A DNA stretch of 64,000 bases from Terriglobia bacterium. GTDB taxonomy: Bacteria > Acidobacteriota > Polarisedimenticolia > Polarisedimenticolales > JAIQFR01. The stretch spans positions 1-64,000 of the forward strand of contig CAVVHE010000006.1 in NCBI GenBank assembly GCA_963748015.1. Reading direction: 5' to 3'. The translations under genes and the position numbers were made by a program. The notes below the pieces were generated by a model, which was not told where the DNA came from, did not search any database, and was given only the letters and a program-made list of their open reading frames with translations. This document shows, one piece after another, positions 19,688 through 30,467 of this stretch (positions are counted from its first letter, which is position 1; every line of letters begins with the position of its first letter).

Positions 19688-21466
19688 ATGAAGAAGCGCT
19701 GCCGGTTCTCCCACCTCGTCCACATCTCCCTCTGCGTCGCCCTCATGGGGACGGCGGCGCTGGCTGCGGAGACCCCGGGTGGAGCCGCCGGGGCACCGAC
19801 AGGAGGATCGGACACCGCCGGGGAGAATCAACAACCCGCCGTTTCCGCCCCGCCGACCGATCCCGTCGAGTCGCTACCGAGAGAAACCGAAGCCGCCGGT
19901 CGGCCGCCAAGCGTGCCGATACGGGTGGCCGGCCGCGAGATCGTCGGCCTGAGGGCTTCCCTGGGCGCGTTCACCCCGGAAGAGAGGGCTGCGGCCGCGA
20001 AGCGCCGCATTCGCGAGGTGGTTCTCGCTCCGCGCTACGCTCCCGAGCAGATTCGCGTCCTCGAGAGGAACGGGCGGCTCAACATCGCATACGGCGATCG
20101 AGTTCTCTTCGCAGTGGTGGACCGCGATCTGCCCGAAGAGGATCTACAGTCGCCGCGAGAGGCCGCCGACCGGGTGGCTCGCGAGCTCGCCCAAGCCATA
20201 GGACTCGATCGGGCAAGCAGGTCGCCCCAGAGACTCGCCTGGGCCGCCGGCCTCACGCTCCTCGTTTTGGTCGCGGTGGTCGGCCTCGAACGGTTCTTGA
20301 TACGCTTCTTCCGCCGCGCGCGGCAGCGGATCGCCCTTTGGAGGGGAACGCGACTTCGAGGCATCCGCGTGCGGGGCTTGGACCTGGTCTCCGCCGACAC
20401 CATGGTGTCCGGGGCCCAGACGACGCTGAGCGTATTGCGAGCGGCGGTCTTTCTCCTCGTCGCGTACGTGGCCGTCTCGGTGATCATGTTTCTCTTCCCG
20501 TGGACCCAGCCCTACGGCCGCGCTTCGGCGGACTTCGTGCTTGGCGCGGTGGTCCGCGTAGCGCGGGGGATCTTCGGCTACATTCCGAATCTCTTCATGA
20601 TCGCTCTCACCGTCGTCGTGGTGCGGTACATCAACCGCTTCGTGGGCTTCATCTTCGACGCGATCGCACGCGGCGTTCTCGTCCTGCCGGGCTTCTATCC
20701 GGAGCTCGCCGCCCCGACCAAGCAGATCTCCCGCTGGCTGATCTGGACCCTGGGCCTCGTGGTCATCTTCCCGTATCTGCCGGGAAGCGGAACCCCTGCC
20801 TTCCAGGGAGTGGGGGTCTTCGTCGGGCTGATGGTGTCCCTGGGCTCGGCGGGCGCCATCGGAAACCTCGTATCCGGAATCGTGCTCACGTACACGCGTT
20901 CCTTCTCCATCGGTGATCGCGTGAGGATCGCGGACACGACGGGCGACGTGGTCGACCATGGCCTGCTCTCGACGAAGATCGTCACGATCAAGAACGAGGA
21001 GATCACGATCCCGAACGGGGCCATACTCGGCAACCACATCGTGAACTACACCGAGCTGGCGGAAGGTAAGGGGCTGATACTCCACACCGCGGTGACGATC
21101 GGTTACGACGTCCCGTGGAGGACCGTTCACCCGTTGCTGATCGATGCTGCACGAGCCACGGGCGGCATCCTCGCCGATCCGGAGCCGTTCGTGTTGCAGA
21201 CCGGGCTCGACGACTTCTACGTTCACTACGAGATCAACGCCTACACGCGCGAGCCTCGGCGCATGGCGACGATCTATGGCGAGCTTCACCAGAACATCCA
21301 GGACCGGTTCTTCGCCGCGGGCGTCGAGATCATGTCGCCCCACTACTCGAGCCTGCGGGACGGAAACACCGCGGCCATCCCGCCGGAACAGCGTTCGGCG
21401 CGCCATGTACCCGGCGCCTTCCGCGTTCGCAAGGTCGGTGGAGAAACGACCGCGGGTGGCGACTGA
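19688..21466 (+). CDS. MscS mechanosensitive channel
   Basis: SLGSAGAIGN, FSIGDRVRI, TIPNG, GVEIMSPHY. Confidence 0.9.
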   Translation: MKKRCRFSHLVHISLCVALMGTAALAAETPGGAAGAPTGGSDTAGENQQPAVSAPPTDPVESLPRETEAAGRPPSVPIRVAGREIVGLRASLGAFTPEERAAAAKRRIREVVLAPRYAPEQIRVLERNGRLNIAYGDRVLFAVVDRDLPEEDLQSPREAADRVARELAQAIGLDRASRSPQRLAWAAGLTLLVLVAVVGLERFLIRFFRRARQRIALWRGTRLRGIRVRGLDLVSADTMVSGAQTTLSVLRAAVFLLVAYVAVSVIMFLFPWTQPYGRASADFVLGAVVRVARGIFGYIPNLFMIALTVVVVRYINRFVGFIFDAIARGVLVLPGFYPELAAPTKQISRWLIWTLGLVVIFPYLPGSGTPAFQGVGVFVGLMVSLGSAGAIGNLVSGIVLTYTRSFSIGDRVRIADTTGDVVDHGLLSTKIVTIKNEEITIPNGAILGNHIVNYTELAEGKGLILHTAVTIGYDVPWRTVHPLLIDAARATGGILADPEPFVLQTGLDDFYVHYEINAYTREPRRMATIYGELHQNIQDRFFAAGVEIMSPHYSSLRDGNTAAIPPEQRSARHVPGAFRVRKVGGETTAGGD

Positions 21467-21516
21467 CCCGTGCTCGAGCGGGGTGTCGGTTTCCGTGCCG
21501 TCGAGGAGACGAGAAG

Positions 21517-22404
21517 ATGGACCGTATCCGCGTCGCGTCCCTGCAGTACTACATTCGACCCGTTTCGACCTTCGATCAGTTCCGCGACCAGGTCGAGTCC
21601 CTCGTGGAGACCGCGGTGGACTACAAGTGCCAGCTGCTGGTCTTTCCCGAGTACTTCACGGTCCAGCTGCTCACCCTGGGTGACGTGAAGCGGCCCATCC
21701 GCGAGCAGATCCGCGATCTCGCGCGCCAGGTGCCCAAGTTCGTCGAGCTGATGGGCTCTCTCGCGCGCAAGAGCGGGATGTATGTTGTCGCAGGGACGAT
21801 TCCGGTGATGGACGACGGAGCCGAGGCGGTCTACAACCAGTGTTTCGTCTTCGGTCCGGGAGGCAGTCACGGCGTCCAGCGAAAGCTCCACATGACGCGC
21901 TTCGAGACCGAAGAGTGGAAGATCTCCTCCGGCTCCAGGCTTCGGGTGCTGGAAACGAGCCTCGGGACGATCGCCGTCGCCATCTGCTACGACGTGGAAT
22001 TCCCGGAGCTGGCCCGGGCCGCCGCGCGCCACGGCGCCTTCCTGCTGGTCGTGCCCAGCTGCACCGACGATCGTCAAGGCTATCTCCGGGTGCGATACTG
22101 CGCGCAGGCCCGGGCCATCGAGAACCAGCTCTACGTGGTCCAGGCGTGCACGGTGGGTTCCCTTCCCATGGTTCCCGCGGTATCGCTGAACTACGGGCAG
22201 GCGGCGATCCTGACCCCGAGCGACTTCGCGTTTTCCCGGGATGGCATTCTCGCGGAGGGAGTTCCGAACCAGGAGAGCATGGTCATCGGGGAGCTCAACC
22301 TGGTCACGATCCGAGAGAGCCGCTCCACCGGCACGGTTCTCCCGCTCCGCGACAGCAGCTCGACCAGCGACGTGATCTCGACGATGGAGGTGGTTCGGCT
22401 TTGA
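21517..22404 (+). CDS. Carbon-nitrogen hydrolase (nitrilase superfamily)
   Basis: Catalytic triad motifs FPEY, RKLH, ICYDVEFPE; ARAIENQ. Confidence 0.92.
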   Translation: MDRIRVASLQYYIRPVSTFDQFRDQVESLVETAVDYKCQLLVFPEYFTVQLLTLGDVKRPIREQIRDLARQVPKFVELMGSLARKSGMYVVAGTIPVMDDGAEAVYNQCFVFGPGGSHGVQRKLHMTRFETEEWKISSGSRLRVLETSLGTIAVAICYDVEFPELARAAARHGAFLLVVPSCTDDRQGYLRVRYCAQARAIENQLYVVQACTVGSLPMVPAVSLNYGQAAILTPSDFAFSRDGILAEGVPNQESMVIGELNLVTIRESRSTGTVLPLRDSSSTSDVISTMEVVRL

Positions 22405-23096
22405 GCGGTGGATCGCCGACGATCGAGATCCGGCAAACGCGGGCGGAGGACATCCCCTCCGTGATCGAGCTCTGTCGTGCCGTATACCCCGTGAGTGTCC
22501 CCTGGACCGAGGCGCAGCTCGGCTCGCACCTGCGCGTCTTCCCCCAGGGGCAGTTCGTCGCCGTCGAATCGGCCACTGGCCGGGTCCTGGGCATGACCGC
22601 GAGCCTCATCGTCCTTTGGGACGACTATGAGATGACCTCGAGCTGGAGGGACTTCACAGATCACGGCATGTTCACGAACCACGACCCAGCGAGAGGTCGC
22701 ACGCTTTACGGCGCGGAGGTCATGGTCCATCCGGAACTCCAGGGCCGCGGAGTTGGCAGTCGGCTCTACGAGGCCCGCCGTGACCTCGTCGCTCGCCTCG
22801 GCTTGCTGAGGATTCGCGCCGGTGCGCGCCTTCGCGGCTACCACCGCTACGCGGACCGCATGAGCGCCGAGGAATACGCCATCGAGGTGGCGAGACGGAC
22901 CATCTCGGACCCGACCGTTTCCTTCCAGCTCAGGCGCGGATTCCACATCCTGGCGGTCGTTCCCGGATACCTGCGCAACGATCCGGAGAGCCTCGGCCAC
23001 GCGGCCGTCATCGAGTGGCTCAATGCTGCCGTCGCTCGGCCCGAGGACGAGGCGCGAGGGGATCCGCGCTTTCGTACGGGTACCCAACGCCGCTGA
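22401..23096 (+). CDS. GNAT acetyltransferase (YhcX N-terminal-like)
   Basis: VHPELQGRGVGSRLYEAR, DPTVSFQL, YLRNDPES; TTG start overlapping the upstream stop. Confidence 0.85.
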   Translation: MSGGSPTIEIRQTRAEDIPSVIELCRAVYPVSVPWTEAQLGSHLRVFPQGQFVAVESATGRVLGMTASLIVLWDDYEMTSSWRDFTDHGMFTNHDPARGRTLYGAEVMVHPELQGRGVGSRLYEARRDLVARLGLLRIRAGARLRGYHRYADRMSAEEYAIEVARRTISDPTVSFQLRRGFHILAVVPGYLRNDPESLGHAAVIEWLNAAVARPEDEARGDPRFRTGTQRR

Positions 23097-23117
23097 GCGG
23101 GGAGAGAGGGGCGCCTC

Positions 23118-24896
23118 GTGAGCGTCGATATCGCCATCGTTCTCGCCGTGCTCGTGGTGGCGGTCGTGCTCTTCGCCACCGAGAAGGTGCGGGTCGACCT
23201 CGTCGCGCTCCTCGTCATGGCCGTCCTCCTGGCAACCCGTGTCGTGACCGCGGAGGAGGGAATTCGCGGGTTCGCGAACCCCGCCACGGTTACGGTGGCC
23301 GCGATGTTCGTCCTGAGCGCCGGCCTCACCGGGACCGGCGCGATGAACGCCCTCGGAGGTGCCCTCGCCGCTCTAAGGGGGCGGCGCCCCGGCGTGGCAC
23401 TCCTGGCGATGATGATCGGCATCGGGGCGGTGTCGGCCTTCATCAACAACACCGCTGCCGTCGCGATCTTCCTGCCCGTGATCCTCGCGCTCGCCCGCGA
23501 GACGGGAACGAGCCCGTCGAAGCTCCTCATCCCGCTTTCGTACGCCTCGATCTTCGGCGGCACGTGCACGCTGATCGGTACCTCCACCAACATCCTCACC
23601 AGTTCGATCGCCGAGGCGCATGGCCTTCGACCGTTTGGGATGTTCGAGTTCACCGCCCTGGGATTGGTCTTTTTCGCCGTCGGCACCCTGTACATGGCCA
23701 CCCTGGGCGTGCGGCTCTTGCCGGCTAGAGTGTCGGGGGGGGACCTTGCCGGCGAGTTCGAAATTTCGGACTACCTTACCGAGATCGTGATTCTCCCGGA
23801 GGCGGCCTCGGTCGGCAAGCGCCTCGGGGAGTCGCCGCTTGTCCGGCAAGTCGAGATGGCGGTGCTGGAGATTCGACGAGGCGAGGAGCGAATCTCGCTT
23901 CCGAAGGTCGAGTTCGTGCTCCAGGCGGGAGACGTCCTCTGGGTCCGATGCGCCGCGGACGGGATCCGGCAACTGCAGCAACGCGAGGGAATTGCGATCC
24001 GGCCCCACGCGCCGTGGCGAGCCGAGGACCTACGGACGGCCGGGGCGGTCCTCGTGGAGGCGATCCTCGCTCCGAACTCCGACTACAGCGGGAAGACTCT
24101 CAGGGATGCGCGGTTCAGGCAGTCTTTCGGAGGCGCCGTGCTCGCGATCCGCCACCAGGGCCAGCTCCTGCGGGAGAAACTCTCAAACACACCGCTGCGG
24201 GCCGGGGATGTCCTTCTCATCGAGGTCGGCCGGGAGGAACTCCCGCGCTTCCGGAAGGACAGGAACTTCGTCCTCGTGTCGGAGGTCCGCCAGCCGAGGA
24301 TTCGGAAAAGAAAGGCGCTACCGGCTCTCGCGATCATCGCCGCTGTCGTCGCCGCAGCGACGGTGGGCCTGCTCCCGATAGTCTCCGCGGCTATCGTCGG
24401 ATGCGCCCTGCTCGTCGTGACACGCTGCGTGACCCTCGAGGAGGCCTACCGGGCCATCGATTGGAAGGTGGTCTTCCTGCTGGCCGGCGTGCTCACCCTC
24501 GGCACGGCCCTCGAGACGACGGGAGCCGCACGGCTGATCTCGCAGGGGATGGTCTCGACCCTGAGGGCGTGGGGTCCCGGCGCCGTGGTCTCCGCGTTCT
24601 ACCTGCTCACCTCTCTTCTCACCGAGATGATGTCGAACAACGCCACGGCGGTGCTGCTCGCTCCGATTGCCATCGCCGCCGCCGAGACGCTCGGATGCGA
24701 TTCGCGACCGTTTCTGATGGCGGTCACGTTCGCCGCCTCGGCGAGTTTCATGACACCCGTCGGATACCAGACCAACACGCTGGTCTACGGACCCGGCGGA
24801 TATCGTTTCGCCGACTTCCTGCGCGTCGGAACCCCGCTGAACATCCTGTTCTGGATCCTGGCGACCGTGCTTATCCCCCGGTTCTGGCCGTTTTGA
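23118..24896 (+). CDS. SLC13/DASS permease with TrkA-C domains
   Basis: FINNT, GGTCTLIGTSTN, MSNNAT, TPVGYQTN. Confidence 0.92.
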   Translation: MSVDIAIVLAVLVVAVVLFATEKVRVDLVALLVMAVLLATRVVTAEEGIRGFANPATVTVAAMFVLSAGLTGTGAMNALGGALAALRGRRPGVALLAMMIGIGAVSAFINNTAAVAIFLPVILALARETGTSPSKLLIPLSYASIFGGTCTLIGTSTNILTSSIAEAHGLRPFGMFEFTALGLVFFAVGTLYMATLGVRLLPARVSGGDLAGEFEISDYLTEIVILPEAASVGKRLGESPLVRQVEMAVLEIRRGEERISLPKVEFVLQAGDVLWVRCAADGIRQLQQREGIAIRPHAPWRAEDLRTAGAVLVEAILAPNSDYSGKTLRDARFRQSFGGAVLAIRHQGQLLREKLSNTPLRAGDVLLIEVGREELPRFRKDRNFVLVSEVRQPRIRKRKALPALAIIAAVVAAATVGLLPIVSAAIVGCALLVVTRCVTLEEAYRAIDWKVVFLLAGVLTLGTALETTGAARLISQGMVSTLRAWGPGAVVSAFYLLTSLLTEMMSNNATAVLLAPIAIAAAETLGCDSRPFLMAVTFAASASFMTPVGYQTNTLVYGPGGYRFADFLRVGTPLNILFWILATVLIPRFWPF

Positions 24897-24912
24897 TCGG
24901 AGTGAAGGGGTC

Positions 24913-26751
24913 ATGGCGTACCGATTCCCTCATAACTGGGCTCGCCTGCCGTTCGGCGTGTTTCGCGATCCGGTGCTGGCGCAGAGCGGTCGGTGGATCT
25001 TCTACAGCGCGCTCATCGGCACCGTCGCGGGTGTCGGTGCGATCGGTTTCGACTTGGCGTTCCGGGCGGCGCAATGGGGTCTGCTGCAGAAAATCGGGCG
25101 TTTCCTGCCTCCCGCGGCCGGGAGCGAGGGAGGGCCCGGCTTCCCGCCCCAGGTGCCCTGGCTTCTCCCGGTGTCCCTTGTGCTCGGCGGGCTTCTCGCC
25201 GGCGCCATGGTATTCGGTCTCGCGCCCGAGGCCGAGGGGCATGGCACCGATGCGGTCATCGACGCATTCCATCGGCGGCGCGGCAAGATCCGCGGCCGCG
25301 TGCCGGTCGTCAAGGCGATCGCGTCGGCGATCACCATCGGATCGGGCGGCTCCGCCGGGCGGGAGGGTCCCATCGCGCAGATCGGAGCCGGGTTCGGTTC
25401 GGTCCTCGCAAACTTTCTCCGCCTGACGAACCACGACCGGCGGATCATGATGATGGCGGGCGTCGCCGGGGGAATCGGTGCGATCTTCAAGGCACCGCTC
25501 GGGGCGACGTTCTTTGCGGCCGAGGTCCTCTACAGCACGGCCGACTTCGAGTACGAGGTGCTGGTACCCGGCCTGATCTCGTCGATCACCTCCTACTCGA
25601 TCTACTCCTCCTACGCGGGCTGGGGCGTGCTCTTCGATGTCCCGGCGATTTCCTTCCACCAGCCGCGGCAGCTACTTCTCTATGCGGTGCTTGGGCTTCT
25701 CTGCGCATTGGTGGGCTCGATCTATCCCAAGGTGTTCTACGGGGTTCGCGACAGGGTGTTTCGCCCGCTGCCGATTCCGCGCTGGCTGAAACCCGCCCTC
25801 GGCGCACTCGCCTTGGGCGTCGTCGCGGTCTTCTTTCCCCAGGCGCTCGGCATGGGCTACGGCTACATTCAAGAGGCAATTCACGGGCAACACGCGATCG
25901 GCTTCCTGCTGACGTTCGCGTTCGTGAAGATCCTAGCGACGTCGCTGACGATCTCGAGCGGGGGTAGCGGCGGCGTATTCGGGCCATCGCTCGTCATCGG
26001 CGGAGCCCTCGGAGCAGCCTTCGGCAGAGCGGCGATCCAGTACCTCCCCGGCATGTCCGCCGAGCCCGCCGCCTTTGTCATGGTGGGGATGGGAGGCTTC
26101 TTCGCGGGGGTGGCGAAGGTGCCCTTCGCGTCGGTGATCATGGTGATGGAGATGACCGGATCCTACGGTCTCCTGGTTCCATCGCTCCTGGTCGCCGCCA
26201 TTGCATACCTGTTTCTCCCTCCGAACCTCCGCCTGTACGAGAATCAAGTTCCTCGGCGGATCGACTCTCCGGTGCACCTCGGTTCTTTCGCCACCGAGAT
26301 TCTCCAGAAAGTGAGGCTGAAGGATGTTTGGGAGCCTCGACCGAAGAAGACCGTGATCCTGGGGCGGAACACCCCAGTCAACGACGTACTAAGACTCGCG
26401 TCGGAGAGCCCGCAGGGCGTGTTCCCCGTTGCAGACTCCGACGGGCGGCTCGCAGGCGAAATTTCGATGGAAGACATGCGTCAAGCGTTGCTCTCGGAGG
26501 CGCCCGTCGCCTCGTTGATTGCGATGGATCTGATGCGCGAGGTACCGGATCCGCTCGCCCTCGACGACGACTTGGCACGAGTAGCCCGCTCGCTCGCGTC
26601 CCACTACACGGACGAGATCAGCGTCGTGGACGATCGCCGCGAGCGCAGAATTCTCGGTACGTTCAGCCGCCACGACCTCATCGTCGCGTACGGTCAGCAG
26701 CTGCAGCACATTCACGTCCGCGCGGAAAGCGAAGCGATGGAGAAGGAGTAA
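24913..26751 (+). CDS. ClC chloride channel/antiporter with CBS domains
   Basis: GREGP, GGVFGP, EMTGSY; C-terminal CBS pair. Confidence 0.92.
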   Translation: MAYRFPHNWARLPFGVFRDPVLAQSGRWIFYSALIGTVAGVGAIGFDLAFRAAQWGLLQKIGRFLPPAAGSEGGPGFPPQVPWLLPVSLVLGGLLAGAMVFGLAPEAEGHGTDAVIDAFHRRRGKIRGRVPVVKAIASAITIGSGGSAGREGPIAQIGAGFGSVLANFLRLTNHDRRIMMMAGVAGGIGAIFKAPLGATFFAAEVLYSTADFEYEVLVPGLISSITSYSIYSSYAGWGVLFDVPAISFHQPRQLLLYAVLGLLCALVGSIYPKVFYGVRDRVFRPLPIPRWLKPALGALALGVVAVFFPQALGMGYGYIQEAIHGQHAIGFLLTFAFVKILATSLTISSGGSGGVFGPSLVIGGALGAAFGRAAIQYLPGMSAEPAAFVMVGMGGFFAGVAKVPFASVIMVMEMTGSYGLLVPSLLVAAIAYLFLPPNLRLYENQVPRRIDSPVHLGSFATEILQKVRLKDVWEPRPKKTVILGRNTPVNDVLRLASESPQGVFPVADSDGRLAGEISMEDMRQALLSEAPVASLIAMDLMREVPDPLALDDDLARVARSLASHYTDEISVVDDRRERRILGTFSRHDLIVAYGQQLQHIHVRAESEAMEKE

Positions 26752-26772
26752 CGAAAACGCCGATCCACATGT

Positions 26773-26801
26773 TTGACAACAGCCATGCGAGAGCCTAAAC
26801 T
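26773..26801 (+). promoter_or_regulatory. Sigma70-type promoter upstream of the trehalose operon
   Basis: TTGACA-N17-TAAACT. Confidence 0.6.
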
Positions 26802-27022
26802 CGACAGGTCAAGCTAGAAAGCCAGAGTTCAGAACGCATCTCACCTTCCACGAGATGCGGCCAAGGGTGCGGACGGCGTCGTTGCCGCCGCAGGTCGGTA
26901 CGGATGGTCGGGCCGCCATCCGGTTCGTCGCGGGGGGAGCACGCGCTCCCCTGAAGGCCTTCGAAGCAACAGCTTTCGTCGGTTTCGCTTCGGGAGGCCT
27001 CGCGACCCGCCGGAGGGTAGCT

Positions 27023-27376
27023 ATGGCCGTTTCCGAGCCCAGAATCCGAACTGACCCGACCCGAGCTTCTTCAGGCGCGCCTGCCGCGCTCGCGCGCCTC
27101 TACTGGATGATGGGGGGGAACGCCGCATTGGGCTTCCTCCTCGCGTTCATCGCGAAATCGCGGCCCGCATTTTCCTCGTTCGATCTTGCCTACTGGGCCG
27201 TCTTCGCGTCCCTCATCGCGGTCCGCTACGTGGATGTCACTCGTCTCGGTGGAAGCACGGCTGAGGGGACTCCCGCCACGCGGGCTCACTGGCGCCGCTA
27301 CTCGGCGGTGCTGTCGGCGATTTGCGTCGCCGCGTGGGCCGCGGCCCACGCGGTGGCGCTTCTGATAGGAGGATGA
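27023..27376 (+). CDS. Small hypothetical membrane protein (3 TM)
   Basis: RBS GGAGG, hydrophobic segments, abuts otsA. Confidence 0.6.
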   Translation: MAVSEPRIRTDPTRASSGAPAALARLYWMMGGNAALGFLLAFIAKSRPAFSSFDLAYWAVFASLIAVRYVDVTRLGGSTAEGTPATRAHWRRYSAVLSAICVAAWAAAHAVALLIGG

Positions 27377-27379
27377 TCC

Positions 27380-28909
27380 ATGTTGAGACTCGAAAGCGGT
27401 GGCCGCGACACCGCACGACTCGTCGTCGTGTCGAACCGTCTGCCCTACAATCTCCCCAGGAAGCCGGGCAGTCGCCCGCCGAAACGAAACGTCGGCGGGC
27501 TCGTCAACGCGCTCGAGCCCGTTCTCGTTCAACGAGGAGGCTGCTGGATCGGATGGGACGGATCGCCGCTGCCCTCCGGAAACGCCGTCGAGTCCGCGCT
27601 CTCGAGGCCGCTCGTATTTCGAACCCGGACGAGAATCGATCTCCACGGTGTCCCGATGAGCGAGCGGGAAGTCGGGCTTTATTATCACGGCTTCTCCAAT
27701 CGGGCCCTCTGGCCACTCTTCCACGACTTTCCAGGAAAGGCGGTGTTCGAGTCGGAGGACTACGTCGCCTACGAGCGCGTGAACCGGCGCTTCGCAGAGG
27801 TCACCCTGGCACGCGCAGATGCCGGGAGTCGGGTGTGGATCCACGACTTCCATCTCATGCTCGTGCCGAAGTTTCTCCGGGATCTCGGGTTCAAGGGACG
27901 CATCGACTTCTTCCTCCACATCCCGTTCCCCCCAGCGGAGATCTTCCGGGCGCTGCCGTGGCGGGAGAAAGTGCTCCGGGGACTCTTGGCGGCGGACACC
28001 GTGGCATTTCACGTCCCGCTCTACAGGGACAACTTCGTACGATCGGCGTGTCAGGTCGTCGGAGCCGAGCTCGTCGCCGAGGAGCCGAATGGTCCCAAGC
28101 TGGTCTGGCACGAAGCGGGCGAGACGGAGGCGAGCGCGATTCCCATCGGGATCGACGTCGCGGACTTCGAACGTATCGCGAGTCTGCCGGAGGTCGCCGC
28201 TCGGGCGAAGCGTCTTCGAGACGCTCACGGAAACTGCCGGATCCTGTTCGGCGCGGACCGGCTCGACTACACGAAGGGCATCAAGGAGAGATTGCAGGCG
28301 GTCGAGCGGTTCTTGGCCACCCACCCGGACGCGGTCGGTCGGCTCGTCCTGATCCAGATCGTCGTGCCGAGCCGCCACCAGGTGGAGGAATACCGGATGA
28401 TGAAGCGGGAGATCGACCGCGAGGTCGGGCGCATCAACGGCGAGTTCGGCCGTGACGGATGGGTGCCGATCCACTACCGCTACCACGCCCTCGACCGCGA
28501 AGAGCTGGTCGCCCACTACCTCGCCACCGACGTCGCGCTGGTCACGTCCCTCCGAGACGGTATGAACCTCATCGCCTCCGAGTTCGCGGCATCGCGGGTG
28601 GACGGCGACGGGGTTCTCGTGGTGAGCGAGTTCGCGGGAATTGCGGAGCGAAGTCCCGGAGCGATCCTCGTCAATCCCTACGACCTCGAGGCTTGCGCAG
28701 CGGCGATAGCGGCAGCTATCGAGATGGGTCCTTTCGAGCGGCGGGAACGGATGTCGAGACTGAGGGAAAGGGTCCGCTCGAACCCGGCATCCAGGTGGGC
28801 AGATCGCTGCATGTTGCGCGTCTCGTCGCGGGTCGGGCTCGCCGCCCCGCCGCCCGAGGCGAATCCCGAGGATCTCGCCGCGAGCTCGTTTCACGTTGCG
28901 GAGCCCTGA
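27380..28909 (+). CDS. otsA: Trehalose-6-phosphate synthase
   Basis: [34 protein letters not shown]. Confidence 0.95.
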   Translation: MLRLESGGRDTARLVVVSNRLPYNLPRKPGSRPPKRNVGGLVNALEPVLVQRGGCWIGWDGSPLPSGNAVESALSRPLVFRTRTRIDLHGVPMSEREVGLYYHGFSNRALWPLFHDFPGKAVFESEDYVAYERVNRRFAEVTLARADAGSRVWIHDFHLMLVPKFLRDLGFKGRIDFFLHIPFPPAEIFRALPWREKVLRGLLAADTVAFHVPLYRDNFVRSACQVVGAELVAEEPNGPKLVWHEAGETEASAIPIGIDVADFERIASLPEVAARAKRLRDAHGNCRILFGADRLDYTKGIKERLQAVERFLATHPDAVGRLVLIQIVVPSRHQVEEYRMMKREIDREVGRINGEFGRDGWVPIHYRYHALDREELVAHYLATDVALVTSLRDGMNLIASEFAASRVDGDGVLVVSEFAGIAERSPGAILVNPYDLEACAAAIAAAIEMGPFERRERMSRLRERVRSNPASRWADRCMLRVSSRVGLAAPPPEANPEDLAASSFHVAEP

Positions 28910-28914
28910 CGCCG

Positions 28915-29784
28915 ATGAGACGCTCAGCCGAGGTCTTGGCGGAGGAGGTCGCGCGAGCCGCTCGACGACCGGGCGGGTGCAAGACGCTCATCTTCGACGT
29001 TGACGGAACGCTCGCACCGATCGCCCCGACTCCCGAAAAGGCGCGCGTGCCGCAGCCGACGCTCGACGCCTTGAGAAGGCTCGTCGGAGCCGGCTGGACC
29101 GTAGCGGTGGTATCCGGTCGGCCCGCTCGCCAGGTGCAGACGATGGTTCCGATTCCCGGGGTGCAGGTGTTCGGCAGCCACGGACTGGAGCGGGCGGGCA
29201 GCTCCCGGCGGGGGACGACGCTCTCGGCGGGAACGGCTCGGCAACTGTCGATGTTGGTTGCGGCGGCCAGGCGGCTGGCATCGGGCATTCGAGGTGCGCG
29301 GGTGGAACTGAAGCCTGCGGGAATAGCGTTTCACGATCGTCAGGTCCCGGACGAGGCTCTGCCCGCGTGGAGGCGACGCGTTCGCGACTTTGTCGAGGAG
29401 CAGGAGCTGGGCAGCTTCGAAGTGCTGCTCGGTCGCCGTGTCGTCGAACTCCGCCCGCGATGCGCCAACAAGGGCGTCGTGCTCCGACATCTCGCGCCTG
29501 CGGGAAGGAGTCGCCTGTTCGACGCCAGCCTCGTCGCCCTCGGGGACGATTCCACGGACGAAGACCTTTTCCGCGCGTTGTGGGGGAGAGGTCTCTCGGT
29601 CCGCGTCGGCCGGGAGAAACGTCTCACGCTGGCCACCCGGACGCTCGCCTCGCCAGCCGCCGTTCGGAGATTCCTGGAACGACTCGTCGAATCGTCGCCA
29701 GGCATCCGGCGCGCCGGAAGTCGCTCGCTGGCAGCAGGAGCGCTCGCGCCTCCGAAACGAAACCGCGGCCGGAGCAAGCCATGA
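28915..29784 (+). CDS. otsB: Trehalose-6-phosphate phosphatase
   Basis: FDVDGTLAPI, VSGR, GSHGLE, GDDSTDEDLF. Confidence 0.93.
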   Translation: MRRSAEVLAEEVARAARRPGGCKTLIFDVDGTLAPIAPTPEKARVPQPTLDALRRLVGAGWTVAVVSGRPARQVQTMVPIPGVQVFGSHGLERAGSSRRGTTLSAGTARQLSMLVAAARRLASGIRGARVELKPAGIAFHDRQVPDEALPAWRRRVRDFVEEQELGSFEVLLGRRVVELRPRCANKGVVLRHLAPAGRSRLFDASLVALGDDSTDEDLFRALWGRGLSVRVGREKRLTLATRTLASPAAVRRFLERLVESSPGIRRAGSRSLAAGALAPPKRNRGRSKP

Positions 29785-30467
29785 GCGACAACGTCTTTCA
29801 TCGACGCGCGTCCGAGTCGTTTCGCTTCGTCGATTACGAAGGCCTCGTCATGCCGACTGGCCTGCGCGCAGCGAACCTCAAGGACCTGATCGACGGCGTG
29901 CGAAGCGTCCCGGTCGAGGTGATCCACCATCACCTTCACCGGACGCCGTTGAGCCATCGGTTCGGAGTCTGGGACTACCCGAACGACTTCGCGCAATGGG
30001 CCGCGCACTCGCTGGAAGATCTCGCGCTCGCGGAGAAGCTCGCGGGTCTCGACCCGTTCGCACACGCAAACCTCGAGGCCGCCCGCGAGGCGATCCTCGA
30101 GCTACTCGAGGAGCACCTCGACAGTCTCCCGATCGTGCCGTGGGCGCGCGCGGGTTTCGAGTTCCACTTCGCCAGCGGTCATTTCCTGGCGCTTCCGGGA
30201 GAGCGCGAGGTGTGGACGCTTTGCGAGTTGCGGGACGCGCTATCCGTGGTCTCCCTGAGCTCGCTTTATTTTCATTTTCACGAGGCGAGGCTTCGCGTGC
30301 GGGAGGGTGAATCGGACGACTTCTCCAGGTGGATCGAAGCTCAGTTCGGGCCTCTCTCCGTCGTTCAGCAGCTTCGCAGCATCGACTTCTTCTTTTACTC
30401 GCTCGAGGACCTGCGGCAGCGGATCCTGATGATCTTCGACGAATGCCGCCACGGAGCAACGGCATGA
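29781..30467 (+). CDS. DUF5752-like protein (TreT-associated)
   Basis: Duplicated domain HH...NDFAQW / YFHFHEAR...DDFSRW. Confidence 0.7.
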   Translation: MSDNVFHRRASESFRFVDYEGLVMPTGLRAANLKDLIDGVRSVPVEVIHHHLHRTPLSHRFGVWDYPNDFAQWAAHSLEDLALAEKLAGLDPFAHANLEAAREAILELLEEHLDSLPIVPWARAGFEFHFASGHFLALPGEREVWTLCELRDALSVVSLSSLYFHFHEARLRVREGESDDFSRWIEAQFGPLSVVQQLRSIDFFFYSLEDLRQRILMIFDECRHGATA

